Assembly: GCA_030770535.1 (NCBI GenBank)
Contig: JASVEC010000019.1
Span: 186,001 to 250,000, forward strand
From: Batkoa obscura
Lineage: Eukaryota
Length of the DNA: 64,000 nucleotides
Reading direction: 5' to 3'
Under the pieces are notes generated by a model. That model worked only from the letters and a program-made list of their open reading frames with translations. It was not told where the DNA came from and made no database searches. Position numbers and translations under genes: made by a program. Of this stretch, positions 41,131-52,078 are shown in pieces; position 1 is the first letter of the stretch; every line of letters starts with the position of its first letter.

Positions 41131-41724
41131 AATATTTATGTCAAAATATTATTTAATATAACTAAAAAAATGAAAAATATTTTATAAAAACCTAAGGATA
41201 TAAGTAAAATTTAAAACTCAATTATATTGTGAAATCTGGTACTCAGGGTTTGGAGTCAAGAACAGCTATTGCTGGGTTGACTACACTATAAGTCGAAAGG
41301 TCTTAGTTTATGTGACTAAGATAGACTTGGGTTATGAGGAATAGCACGTAATAGGTTACAAGCTATATAAGACAAATAGAATAGACAATACTAATGTAAA
41401 ATCTATGTAAAATACTATTAAGAAAACTTAGTGGCTTTATTAAATGTTCGAGATATCAGGGATTAATTCAGTTAAAAAGCCTCGAACTATTATATTCTGT
41501 AAACTCTTTTATACTCTGAAAAGTATAAGTATCAAAATGAGAAGATAATATTCTTTTGGGTGGAACTAGAAATTCTCATAACAAATCAAAATAATTAACC
41601 ATGGGACTGACAAAGCGATATTTCACATTTCCCTCCCTATGATTTGATATAGTGAATTTTTATGGCTTACTTACCGAGAACCTATGAGATGGAATTTGAC
41701 TAGTTACAAATTGTATTCATTGAA

Positions 41725-44700
41725 TCACATTGCTGATTTGAGAAACTTGGCATGGACTCGGTTATATATAACGCTTGTTCGTTTATGTTTAATTGAATAG
41801 CTATCATACAAGTGTTTATGTATGACTTCATATGGTCCATCCCATTTCAATGCTAGTTTATTTTTTCTAGATTGATTATAGGAAGGGTACAGATGAACGA
41901 TATCACCTACTTTGAAGACAGCTAGACGAGGAAGTCGAGAAATGTCTTGTCGATACCTCCTTGTTTTCGAGTCTGTCAATGCATTAAAGGCGTCAACTTG
42001 GATAGCTATTAGTTTTTTTGTTAGCTTAAGCAAGTACATGTCAGGACTCATCTCTTCTTGTCTAACTATCAAAGGAGCGAATGATATGGGGAGTCCCGGA
42101 TGTCTCCCATAAAGCATAACAAAAGGGGATTTTTTGGTAATACTATGTACTGAATATCTATATGCTAAAATAGCAGAATGTAGATATTCATCCCAAGAGC
42201 TAGTTTTATCGAAAGCCAGCTTCCTTAATATACGTACTAGTGTACCGTTTACTCTCTCAACCATTCCGTTAGTTTCAGGATGATATGGAGCTGCAGTAGA
42301 ATGCTTTATGGCCATTAGTCTAGCTAATTTCGGGAGAACCAGGTTAACAAAATTGGCAGCGTTATCAGTAAGTATCACCTGAGGGCTTCCATGCCTACAA
42401 ATAATATCCTCGTATATAAATTTAGATATGTGAAAGGAAGTCTGATTTGGTATTGCTTTTGCTTCAACCCACTTAGTTAGATGGTCGATAGCTACAACAA
42501 TAAATTTGTTCCCTCTTACCGAGGAGGCCTCACAGAGAGGACCTATTACATCTATACTTACCGTGTGAAATGCATGTTTAGGTAAAATAAACTTATAGGC
42601 TGTAGCTTTTATTTTACTTTGTTCCCTCTTGCAAACATCGCAATTATTTATAAAGTCTTCCAAATCTGGTATCATTGATTCCCAATAGCAGGAGACTTTC
42701 ATAGTATCGTATGTTTTTTGGAAGGCTGAATGTCCACAGATTACATCATGGAATTGTTGGCATGCAGATAGTCGTGAAGAAGGCCTAATATATGGAATAT
42801 ATGTTCCCTTAATCTTTTTATACAAGGCATTATCTCTTACAATGATATTTTGAGCGTTTTTCTCAAGCCATTGTTTGAGTTCAGGCTGCTGCTGCGGCCA
42901 TTTATCTTTATTACCCAATAGATTGTACAAATCATCATCTATGGGGGTAGCTAGACAAATTCTGGGTAACCTGCTAAGCCCATCTGCATTTTGATGATCT
43001 TTACCTGGTTTATATACTATATCAAAACTATACGATTGTAGTTTTAGAGCCCACCTAGCTAAACGTCCTTCAGGATTAGTGATTGAATACAACCATTTTA
43101 GGGAAACATGATCAGTAATAACAGTAAAGTGAGTGCCGTAGATATACGGTCTAAATGCCTTTATAGCATGAATAATTGCAAGGCATTCTTTCTCTGTTGT
43201 AGTGTAGTTCCTTTCGTGTTTCGACAAGGTCCTAGAGGTATAGGCTATTGGGTGTTCACAATTGTTATCATCGAGTTGACTTAAAACACCTCCAACTGCA
43301 GTTAGACTAGCGTCAGTATGTAGTGAGAAGGGCTTTGAGAAATTTGGAAACATCAATACTGGGGCGTTAAGCAGCTTGTTGCGAAGCTCTTCAAAAGCTT
43401 GTTGGTGTTCTTCCTTCCATTGAAACTTGACTTCTTTCTTTAGTAATTGGAACAGTGGGGTAGCTAAATTCGAAAAGTCTTTTATAAACCTTCGATAATA
43501 ATTCATTAATCCAAGGAATACTTGTACCTCCCGCATCGTAGTTGGGGGGAGAAGCTCCTTCACTGCATCTAGTTTATTTGGAATAGGGGCTAGTCCTTTG
43601 TCAGAGACTTTATAGCCTAGAAATTCCAAACTAGTTTGGAAGAATGAACACTTCTTTGGTTTTAACTTTAGATTGGCTTGACGGAGGCGCTCAAATACTG
43701 CTTTAAGATGAGTTAAGTGATCTATAAAAGTTCTTGAAAACACATTCAAGTCATCTAAGTAAATTAATACGCACGAAAGTTTAAGGTCACCTAGTGTATT
43801 ATCCATAAGACGCTGGAATGTAGCGGGAGCGTTCGAAAGGCCTTGTGGCATCCTAGTTGGTTGAAATAGTCCTTCAGAAGTTATTAAAGCGCACTTTTCT
43901 TGGTCTTCTGGATCCATTTCTACCTGCCAGTATCCTGAGATTAAATCCATTGCTGAAAAGTATTTAGCACCTTGTAATCGGTCAACCGCATCGTCTATTC
44001 TGGGTAGAGGGTATACATCTTTCTTTGTGATTTTGTTAAGCTTTCTATAGTCCATAACTACTCTATTAGTTCCATCTTTTTTCTTAACGATCATAAGGGG
44101 GGAGGCCCATGGACTATTTGAAGGAATGATTAAACCTAGCCTTAAGAGTTTTTGAACTTCTTCTCGTTCTGCTTTGAGTTCAGATTGAGATTTACGATAT
44201 GCTTTAGTTGCGACGGGTAATGAATCACATGTATATACTTTATGTTTAGTATTGCGAGCGCAACCAATATCTTCTTCTGAAGTTGCGAATATGTCTTTAT
44301 ATTCCTCCAGCAATTTATAAAATTGGAGTTGTTCATCTTGGTTTAGATGGTTAATAGTGTCTTTTTCCACAAAAAGGGCTTGGTTATTTGGGGCCTCTTC
44401 GTGAATTTGAAATTCTTCTAGTGTTGCAAATTTACTGAAAGTATTAATCAAGGCGTTGTTTTCTACGTATATCGTGCCAATCTGTTGGCCTCTAGAGATA
44501 TTGATTTCTTTTTTGGTAATGTTTGCAAGTAATAACTTGATAGTCTCATTCATGTTGTTGCCTAAAATTCCGGGCATAGTTAGTGGTTCTAATTGTGAGA
44601 CACCTTCTATACTATATATAGATAAATGGAATTCCTTAGGTATCCATAGTGAGATCTCAGTATCTAATACTATCTGTGACTTAGGCGGTATTAATAAGTT

Positions 44701-45747
44701 CTTAGGAGAAATAACGGGAATTCCAGACTGTTTATATGCTATCTCTGGATATTGATGAATTACGGATTCTGATCCGCAGAGAGTGACATCAATTAATTTA
44801 TTGTTGGTCCGATAGTTCATTATACGGCAGCCAGGAGATTTATTGTTTATCATATTGATAGATAGGTCTCTTGGTTTATTGTAGTACATTGGGATGGATT
44901 GATCTAATATTTTTAAGATATTTTGATCGTACAACAATTGACAACCGTGTTTCACAAAGAATTCGGTGCCTAGGAGGAAGTCATAACCTTCACTTTCTAA
45001 TACTATTGCTGGAAAGGCTAAGGTTAGTTTTCCAAATTTGATTGGTATTGATGAGTATGCTCCTAGCGCTGTAGTAGTTCCAGTTCCAGCTGTACCAAAG
45101 GTGTCTGAGCAATCTATATCTGGTTTAAAGGATAATCGTTTTACCAGACGACTCGATATGAAATTGATAGGAGCTCCACTATCTAATATGATGCGTACAT
45201 TCTTTTTATAAATTGACGCATTGATGTAAGTACAATCGATGGAGTTAGCTTTGTCATCGAGGTTTACTAAAAGAATCTGTTTATTTGGATTCTGGTATTC
45301 TCTAATAATTTTTCTAAATGCAATTGCTAAGTCTGATTCTCCAGTTAAGATCTTGTCTAGCGGGATTGGGATCGTAACATTGGTTAACCACTGATGCGTG
45401 TTATCTAGTTCGCTTTGTGTGAGGGATAGTTTAGATAAATCGGATAATTGTGAGATGTAAGGTTTGGAGATCTCGTTCATTGGAATCGAATCAGGAGCAT
45501 TAATAGAGTTATCAGGTAGCTTGAAAATTCGAGGTGGAATGACTTTAGGGATTTCCACAACAGGAACTCTTTTCTTTTTAGGTCTACCACGAATTCGCGA
45601 AGGAAGTGCTAGGATGAGGGTAGAGGGGTCAAATTTTGAAAGCGTATTAACTTTAAGGTCTAATCCAGTGCTATCATCTGGATCAGGAGGAATTTTTAAC
45701 TTCGTGGAAGGGGGATCCTCATTTATCCTCCCACTTAGAAGTTTTTT
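41725..45747 (-). CDS. pol: Pol (protease, dUTPase-like, RT, RNase H, integrase) expressed by -1 frameshift
   Basis: LDSGA, YLDD, HTDAS, HHCC, DDE core, GPY; frame is open back to the AAAAAAC at 45741-45747; no chromodomain seen. Confidence 0.93.
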   Translation of the reverse strand, partial: KKLLSGRINEDPPSTKLKIPPDPDDSTGLDLKVNTLSKFDPSTLILALPSRIRGRPKKKRVPVVEIPKVIPPRIFKLPDNSINAPDSIPMNEISKPYISQLSDLSKLSLTQSELDNTHQWLTNVTIPIPLDKILTGESDLAIAFRKIIREYQNPNKQILLVNLDDKANSIDCTYINASIYKKNVRIILDSGAPINFISSRLVKRLSFKPDIDCSDTFGTAGTGTTTALGAYSSIPIKFGKLTLAFPAIVLESEGYDFLLGTEFFVKHGCQLLYDQNILKILDQSIPMYYNKPRDLSINMINNKSPGCRIMNYRTNNKLIDVTLCGSESVIHQYPEIAYKQSGIPVISPKNLLIPPKSQIVLDTEISLWIPKEFHLSIYSIEGVSQLEPLTMPGILGNNMNETIKLLLANITKKEINISRGQQIGTIYVENNALINTFSKFATLEEFQIHEEAPNNQALFVEKDTINHLNQDEQLQFYKLLEEYKDIFATSEEDIGCARNTKHKVYTCDSLPVATKAYRKSQSELKAEREEVQKLLRLGLIIPSNSPWASPLMIVKKKDGTNRVVMDYRKLNKITKKDVYPLPRIDDAVDRLQGAKYFSAMDLISGYWQVEMDPEDQEKCALITSEGLFQPTRMPQGLSNAPATFQRLMDNTLGDLKLSCVLIYLDDLNVFSRTFIDHLTHLKAVFERLRQANLKLKPKKCSFFQTSLEFLGYKVSDKGLAPIPNKLDAVKELLPPTTMREVQVFLGLMNYYRRFIKDFSNLATPLFQLLKKEVKFQWKEEHQQAFEELRNKLLNAPVLMFPNFSKPFSLHTDASLTAVGGVLSQLDDNNCEHPIAYTSRTLSKHERNYTTTEKECLAIIHAIKAFRPYIYGTHFTVITDHVSLKWLYSITNPEGRLARWALKLQSYSFDIVYKPGKDHQNADGLSRLPRICLATPIDDDLYNLLGNKDKWPQQQPELKQWLEKNAQNIIVRDNALYKKIKGTYIPYIRPSSRLSACQQFHDVICGHSAFQKTYDTMKVSCYWESMIPDLEDFINNCDVCKREQSKIKATAYKFILPKHAFHTVSIDVIGPLCEASSVRGNKFIVVAIDHLTKWVEAKAIPNQTSFHISKFIYEDIICRHGSPQVILTDNAANFVNLVLPKLARLMAIKHSTAAPYHPETNGMVERVNGTLVRILRKLAFDKTSSWDEYLHSAILAYRYSVHSITKKSPFVMLYGRHPGLPISFAPLIVRQEEMSPDMYLLKLTKKLIAIQVDAFNALTDSKTRRYRQDISRLPRLAVFKVGDIVHLYPSYNQSRKNKLALKWDGPYEVIHKHLYDSYSIKHKRTSVIYNRVHAKFLKSAM

Positions 45748-48251
45748 GACTCGTTATCGGAGTCGACAAACTTCTCAGTATCATCGCCTTCAGTATCGTT
45801 ATAATTGAGGTGATTTATTTGTTTATTTTTATTGAAACGTTCATTGTTGCGAACATTCTTTTCGAAATAATATTTAAAAATACCATTTTCTGGCTTTGGT
45901 TCAGTGCAGTTAACGGTAATGTGTCCATATTCACCACAGTTCCAGCATCCAGTAAATACTCGAGATTTACGATGGTTGGAGTAGTGTTGTTGAGTGATGG
46001 TAAAACAATGAAGGTATTCGTTGTTGTCCATCCCTTTATCTATGTGATTAACATATAATTTCTTGGGTCTAACTTCACTTTTTGGACTTCCAAGGTATAA
46101 TTCTAAAATCTCTATCATCTGTGTAACGTTGGTGATGTTATGGTGAGGATCTAGAAAAAGGCATGCGATATGACTTGGAAGGTTTCGCTGGAAGGCCAGG
46201 CGGAGGTCTGTAACGCTTAACTTTCCACAGGAAATTAAGGCATTAGCACGATTTCTTACGTTTGTAATGAAACTCTCAAGTTTATTTTCGTCGTCTAAAC
46301 GTAAAGATAAGAGGGCTGCCTTTTTTGCTTCCATTTTTACATCGGAATCATAATGGTCTATAAACGCCTTTTTGAAGGAATCCCAATTACTGCGTAAGTC
46401 GTCAGGTAAAGTCATGCACCAAGAAAATTCATTTGTTTGTAGTTGACCTAAAAGGCATTGAGGACGACATTCATAGGTCCAGTTGTTAGCATCGAGATGA
46501 ACTTCTAGAGCTTTAATGAAGGTAGTAGCAGTAATTTCACTTGGATTGAATAAAAGACTAAAATTAAACTTTGTGTTAACAGGTTGGGAGCTTCTTGGGT
46601 AGTTGTGGCGGTGTGTTGAGAAGCTATGTGATTTTGGATCGTTACCAGAAGGTCCAGGATGACTAAAATAAGCGTCATGGGTATTGTGTGATATACCATG
46701 ATCATGTTGAACAGTAATCGGATCGGCTTGTACGTAGTGAGGTGAAGATTTCTCATAGGGTATATGTTGAGCGATTTGAGGGGCAATATGTGATGACTTA
46801 TTTTTGTTAAAAGGATTGGCTAGGTTGACTTCAGCATAAGATTGTACACGAGGTCGTATTGGATCAGCGTTAGATCCTGTAGCAGGATTTCTTGAGTAAA
46901 TACCATCAGTAGGTACAGCAGTCATTCTAGGATTTGATTGGGGTAGGTATGTGGAAACTTGGGGAGAGTTCTCTTCTTTCTTTGTTTGATCATCCGGTTG
47001 TACCAAGTGAACAGAACCATGATACTTATGGTTTATTTGATATTCAGTACCAAAGATAGATTCTGTGGCACTATCACCCAGATCATACATATTGTATCTT
47101 GGAACGTCTCTGTAACTCGAGAGTCTGGAGGGAGGTGCTGAAACAGCAATACGCTCCTTTCTACAATTGCAAGAAGATGCCTTGATTTGGTTAGTATTTG
47201 AAGCTACCTTAGTCTGAAGAAGAATGAGCTCTTCTCTGGTACTCTGTATGTTACGCGAGATTTCCTCCCAGTCAACTACTGTTTGTTCTTTGTCCAGTCT
47301 AATTTGTTCCTTCAAATTATTATTGGAGGTGATAAGCTGGCTAATGGTAGTCACTTGTTGAGCCATTTGTTCATTACAAACAGCTAAATCTTGTTCTAAA
47401 GCCAAGATTCTAGCATCTTTGGTTGAAGTAGATGGAGGGGATTGTTCAATACAGGATAAGCGGTGATTATACTCTTTGAATTTATTCATTAGCGATCTGT
47501 GGAGTTCTGCGAAAGTGGCTTTTGTTTTTCCGTCAATATCTGAGATTCTTTCAGTAGTATGGTCATTGATCTCAGTGAGGGAAAGGTTGATCTCATCGGA
47601 GATTTTAACAAGTTCAGAATGTAGAGCAGTATCGAGCTGACGTAATTCAGCTTTGAGATCTCCTACTTCTCTTACTAACTCTCTGTGGGCTTCATAGGTA
47701 ACGGTGTTATTGAGTCTTTGATTGAGCTCATTTAACTTACTAACATGGAGTTCATTTGAAGGGGCGATGACACCACTCTTTTGGTTACTGATCATGGAAA
47801 GGTTGTTAACCGTAGCTAAAAGTGAGCTTAAAGAGGTAGACAATTCATTGTTATGAATTGAAAGACGGTCGAGTTCACCAACCATCTGGATGAGTTTGTT
47901 GTGCAGGAACTCTACTAGATATTGTTGAACGTGGGAAAGGGTAGGTACCGTTTGGTACTGGGCACGAAAATTGATTTGAGTACTGGAGCCACTATTTTGG
48001 TATTGTCTCCAAGCGGAGAGGTCACCATCAAGGACGTGCATAGGGACAGCTCCGTAGGTAACGACTGAGTTTACAACGTGAGGAGGTAGTGCAGCTTGAT
48101 TTAAAGCAGCAGTTTCTATTTCTGGGGTCAGAACACTAGCTTCCTCTTCATCACTACTACCCATGTCGTATTCAGTGATGATCAACTGTTGACGGTTATC
48201 AAGAAGGTATTTTGAGTCCGCAAAATAAGGTACAAGACCATTGTCGACCAT
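45735..48251 (-). CDS. gag: Gag (838 aa) with long coiled-coil N-terminal region and CCHC zinc knuckle
   Basis: CWNCGEYGHITVNC; capsid-like WDSFKKAFIDHY; heptad-rich aa ~105-360. Confidence 0.92.
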   Translation of the reverse strand: MVDNGLVPYFADSKYLLDNRQQLIITEYDMGSSDEEEASVLTPEIETAALNQAALPPHVVNSVVTYGAVPMHVLDGDLSAWRQYQNSGSSTQINFRAQYQTVPTLSHVQQYLVEFLHNKLIQMVGELDRLSIHNNELSTSLSSLLATVNNLSMISNQKSGVIAPSNELHVSKLNELNQRLNNTVTYEAHRELVREVGDLKAELRQLDTALHSELVKISDEINLSLTEINDHTTERISDIDGKTKATFAELHRSLMNKFKEYNHRLSCIEQSPPSTSTKDARILALEQDLAVCNEQMAQQVTTISQLITSNNNLKEQIRLDKEQTVVDWEEISRNIQSTREELILLQTKVASNTNQIKASSCNCRKERIAVSAPPSRLSSYRDVPRYNMYDLGDSATESIFGTEYQINHKYHGSVHLVQPDDQTKKEENSPQVSTYLPQSNPRMTAVPTDGIYSRNPATGSNADPIRPRVQSYAEVNLANPFNKNKSSHIAPQIAQHIPYEKSSPHYVQADPITVQHDHGISHNTHDAYFSHPGPSGNDPKSHSFSTHRHNYPRSSQPVNTKFNFSLLFNPSEITATTFIKALEVHLDANNWTYECRPQCLLGQLQTNEFSWCMTLPDDLRSNWDSFKKAFIDHYDSDVKMEAKKAALLSLRLDDENKLESFITNVRNRANALISCGKLSVTDLRLAFQRNLPSHIACLFLDPHHNITNVTQMIEILELYLGSPKSEVRPKKLYVNHIDKGMDNNEYLHCFTITQQHYSNHRKSRVFTGCWNCGEYGHITVNCTEPKPENGIFKYYFEKNVRNNERFNKNKQINHLNYNDTEGDDTEKFVDSDNESKNF

Positions 48252-48895
48252 AGTTGAGAATTAAGGAGGTTAAGGGGGTTTTTCTTTGTTTGGGGTGGTT
48301 ACGCGGTAAGGACCGTAAAGGAAAGATTATAAAGGCTATCTAAAATAGTTATAAGAGCTTTCCCAGTTATGAGCGCCAAATGTGAAATCTGGTACTCAGG
48401 GTTTGGAGTCAAGAACAGCTATTGCTGGGTTGACTACACTATAAGTCGAAAGGTCTTAGTTTATGTGACTAAGATAGACTTGGGTTATGAGGAATAGCAC
48501 GTAATAGGTTACAAGCTATATAAGACAAATAGAATAGACAATACTAATGTAAAATCTATGTAAAATACTATTAAGAAAACTTAGTGGCTTTATTAAATGT
48601 TCGAGATATCAGGGATTAATTCAGTTAAAAAGCCTCGAACTATTATATTCTGTAAACTCTTTTATACTCTGAAAAGTATAAGTATCAAAATGAGAAGATA
48701 ATATTCTTTTGGGTGGAACTAGAAATTCTCATAACAAATCAAAATAATTAACCATGGGACTGACAAAGCGATATTTCACAATATAGCTAAAATAAACTTC
48801 AATTCATAAATAAAAACTATAATAAAAAATAAGTTATATAAAACAATAAAAACAAGTATGAAAATAATCAAAAAATAAACAAATCAAGTAGCATA

Positions 48896-49647
48896 TGGGG
48901 ATGTATTTTTGTATTTAAGAATTTTGCTAACAAAATTTCCGCTTAAATAGCGCTTAAAAAATGGAAAAAATAATGAAGTTAAAAAAGACACTCCCATATA
49001 AAAGCTTAATATAAAAACAAAATGCAATAGTATTTAAATGACTGTAAAATATTGCTTTACTAGCTTTATAATTGATTATAATATAATACATCATTTAAAT
49101 TGTTTATAAAATTAATTGCAGTTTTATAATTAGTTTAATTATAACTTGTATGATAAATTTAGTTTTAGCTGATTTTGCTACTAAAAATTGTCATATGGGG
49201 ATGTACCTTTAGGTTTAAGAATTTTACTAACACTTTTTCCGCTTAAAGAGCACTTAAAGATAAAAAAAGTGATGATCTCAAAAAAAACGTCTCCGTTTTA
49301 AAGTTAAAATATCAACATTTTGTAATTAGTTAATAGCTTTATAAAATAATAATTATTTTAATAAGTGAAAAGTGTGTTAATAAAACCAATTTTTTTTGCT
49401 TATTAATTTATTAAATTTACCAATGTTTTTATTTAAATTAGTGGAAATCTTAGATCCTGATAATATTAGTACTGCTTCAAACTAAACGCAATTAAACTTT
49501 TTAATTTGCTATCATCTTCATTCAAAGCTTAAAATAATACTAGAATATGAGAATGTTTTTTTGATTTCATCACTTTTTCCATTTTTTAAGCGTTATTTGA
49601 GCGAAAAGATTGTTAGTTAAATTCTTAAACACAAAAATACATCCACA
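48896..49647. mobile_element. Three MITE A copies (48896-48996 -, 49196-49295 -, 49548-49647 +)
   Basis: Family termini and core. Confidence 0.78.
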
Positions 49648-50594
49648 TTGTCCTTATAATTAGAGTATTAAAACGAAAAAATGACAAATAAAAGGATAGT
49701 TGTGTTTAATTTGAGTTATAGTAATTTTTACTAAGTATGCTGATTTTGTTGCACATGTAACTAATTTTTCTAAATATATCTTTTATTCCGTTTTATATAG
49801 TTTGACTAAATTACTCAGCTCAAAAAAAAATTATAATAAAAGTACACAGTATTTTTAAAAGAATATTGATTTATAAAGCTTTAAAATCAAATCTAATTTA
49901 CCTAAAAAAGGTGAAAGGCTAGTTAATAGCCTTCGCACTTTGGATTGTGAAATATTTCATTTCTAAAAGTAATAAGCATTTAAAATTCATTTTATGCTAA
50001 TTTTTAAGTACTTAAAATAGCGTAAAGATAATTATAAGCCCTGAAATAGTAAAAAAATTAAAATCAATTTATTTCATTATAATTATAGTGTAGAACAGCT
50101 TGCAATTATATGTTTTACGTTATTTTTGACTTATAGTCCATCCTTTCTAATATGAACTTGATAGCCATAGCTGTTTATATTATTAAGTTTATTAAATAAG
50201 GTCAACTACAAATTATAAAATATAAAATACATCTGATTCAAAGCTGTTTTAAGTATAAATTTTATTTAAAAAATAAAGACTATTAAAACTAAGCTTAATT
50301 ACTGTTTTATACTTTATTTGTATTATCGTTATAAATGGCATACATAAAATCCGTTTAAATAAAACACTAAATTCATTCTGCGTTTTATACAAGGATTCAA
50401 TTGTTATTAATAAATTATTAGAAGTTATATTTTAGTAAATATTATTTTATTTATATATTGAATAAATGTCTATCCCTTTATTACAATTGGTTTAAAAATG
50501 AAATCATTCTTAATTTCGTCATTTAACATGAGAATTAGACCCTATAAATATGACACTTTTATTATTTTATCATTTATTAAATTTAATTGAAATC

Positions 50595-51251
50595 ATGAAA
50601 TTGTTTATTGTTACTATATTTGCTGGTATAGCATTAGCTGCTGGTCCAAAAGGAATAGATGTAAGTGGCTGGCAACCTAATGTTAATTGGAATACTGTTA
50701 AAGCAAACGGGGTTGAATTTGTTTACATTAAAGCAACCGAAAGTACCAATTACAAGAGTCCACAATTTAATTCTCAATATACTGGTGCAACAAATGTAGG
50801 TTTAATTCGTGGTGCTTATCATTTTGCCCGTCCTGGGTCCTCTTCTGGTGCTGCCCAAGCTAATTATTTTGTAGCCAATGGCGGAGGATGGAGTGGTGAT
50901 GGTAGAACTCTACCTGGTGCTCTTGACCTTGAAGCTGGTTGTAGTGGTTTATCTCAAGCAGCTATGGTTAATTGGATTCGAGATTTTAGTAACACTTACC
51001 ATGCTAAAACTAGTAGATATCCAGTAATTTATACTACTACAAGTTGGTGGCAACAATGTACTGGTAATAATGCTAGTTTTGGGAATACTAATCCCTTATG
51101 GATTGCTCGTTGGGCAAGCTCTCCTGGAGCTTTACCAGCTGGTTGGTCCTTTCATACTTTTTGGCAATATGCTGATAGTGGTCCAAACCCTGGTGATCAA
51201 GATTATTTTAATGGTAGCTCTGCTAATCTTAAGAAATTTGCTAGCGTATAA
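50595..51251 (+). CDS. Secreted GH25 (Chalaropsis-type) lysozyme
   Basis: Signal peptide MKLFIVTIFAGIALA, GIDVSGWQ, YIKATE, RGAYHFA, LPGALDLE, FWQY; TATAAATA at 50543 supports the second ATG. Confidence 0.95.
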   Translation: MKLFIVTIFAGIALAAGPKGIDVSGWQPNVNWNTVKANGVEFVYIKATESTNYKSPQFNSQYTGATNVGLIRGAYHFARPGSSSGAAQANYFVANGGGWSGDGRTLPGALDLEAGCSGLSQAAMVNWIRDFSNTYHAKTSRYPVIYTTTSWWQQCTGNNASFGNTNPLWIARWASSPGALPAGWSFHTFWQYADSGPNPGDQDYFNGSSANLKKFASV

Positions 51252-51444
51252 TAAACTATATTAATAATATTTCTATTTCTTAAAATTGATTATAAAATTT
51301 ATGATAAATTATTATAAACAGCAAAAATCTTTGTTATTGTAAAATAACAAGAATACTATATTTTTAAAAAAATAGGAAGAATTATACTAATAGTCGACTA
51401 TTATTCATTTTTATACTGATGAAAAAATGGTTTGGATGTTTTAA

Positions 51445-51790
51445 TACAGTGTCAATATAAATTGTCCCAAAAATTAAAGTACTCAATTTTGGACATTTGT
51501 TGCGAAATAAACATTATATCCCTAAACGAAGCCCATCAGTATCATTTCGATCATCATTTCTTTGCTAGCGACTTTTGAGATTCAGTTTAGCTGAATTTTA
51601 CCGCCTCTTTCCCATTTTAAAAAACTTTATAACATCCTTCACCTTAAGAAATCACAGCAACGTGATCATCCTGAAAAACTAATCAACATTCTTTTCCCGT
51701 CTTTTGACAATAACTTCGGCTTGTTGGCTCTTGGTCTATTCAATCGAGACTTGTTATTTTAATTTGTGCCAATACAAGCCTTGAATTTTT
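51445..51790 (-). mobile_element. Possible Tc1/mariner remnant
   Basis: TA-CAGTG end at ~51445; the minus strand reads RPRANKPKLLSKDGKRMLI, resembling the Tc1 GRPKLL motif; frame broken. Confidence 0.3.
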
Positions 51791-52078
51791 TAAAATATTA
51801 TAACCATTTGTCTAATAAATTTTATACTGTTTGAAGTTAGTTTAAACTCAGTATACAATTTCTACTTGGTTTTGATTTATAAAAATTGTCAAACACACAC
51901 ATTGTTAAAAGAGTGGTTTATTAAATTTTTAAAGCATACGGGGGTACCTTTTGGATGTTATTTAGTCATCTATTTTTTAAAGTTTATGCTATGTAAAAAA
52001 GGTTCCTATGCAAAGTTTGCAAAGCTAAACGAACAATTTATAAAATCATAAAACAAATTATTATGATTATGTATATAT

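Larger units (their letters stand above)
41228..48780 (-). mobile_element. Intact Ty3/gypsy LTR retrotransposon (7553 bp)
   Basis: LTRs 41228-41627 and 48381-48780 (400 bp, TGTGAAAT...ATTTCACA, no difference seen by eye), TSD ATAT, PBS TGGCGCTCATAACTGGGA (48378-48361), PPT AGGGAGGGAAA (41638-41628), PR-RT-RH-IN order. Confidence 0.98.

Noticed and set aside
41640..41724. env-like third ORF in the retrotransposon
   Set aside because: Only ~85 bp separate the pol stop from the PPT
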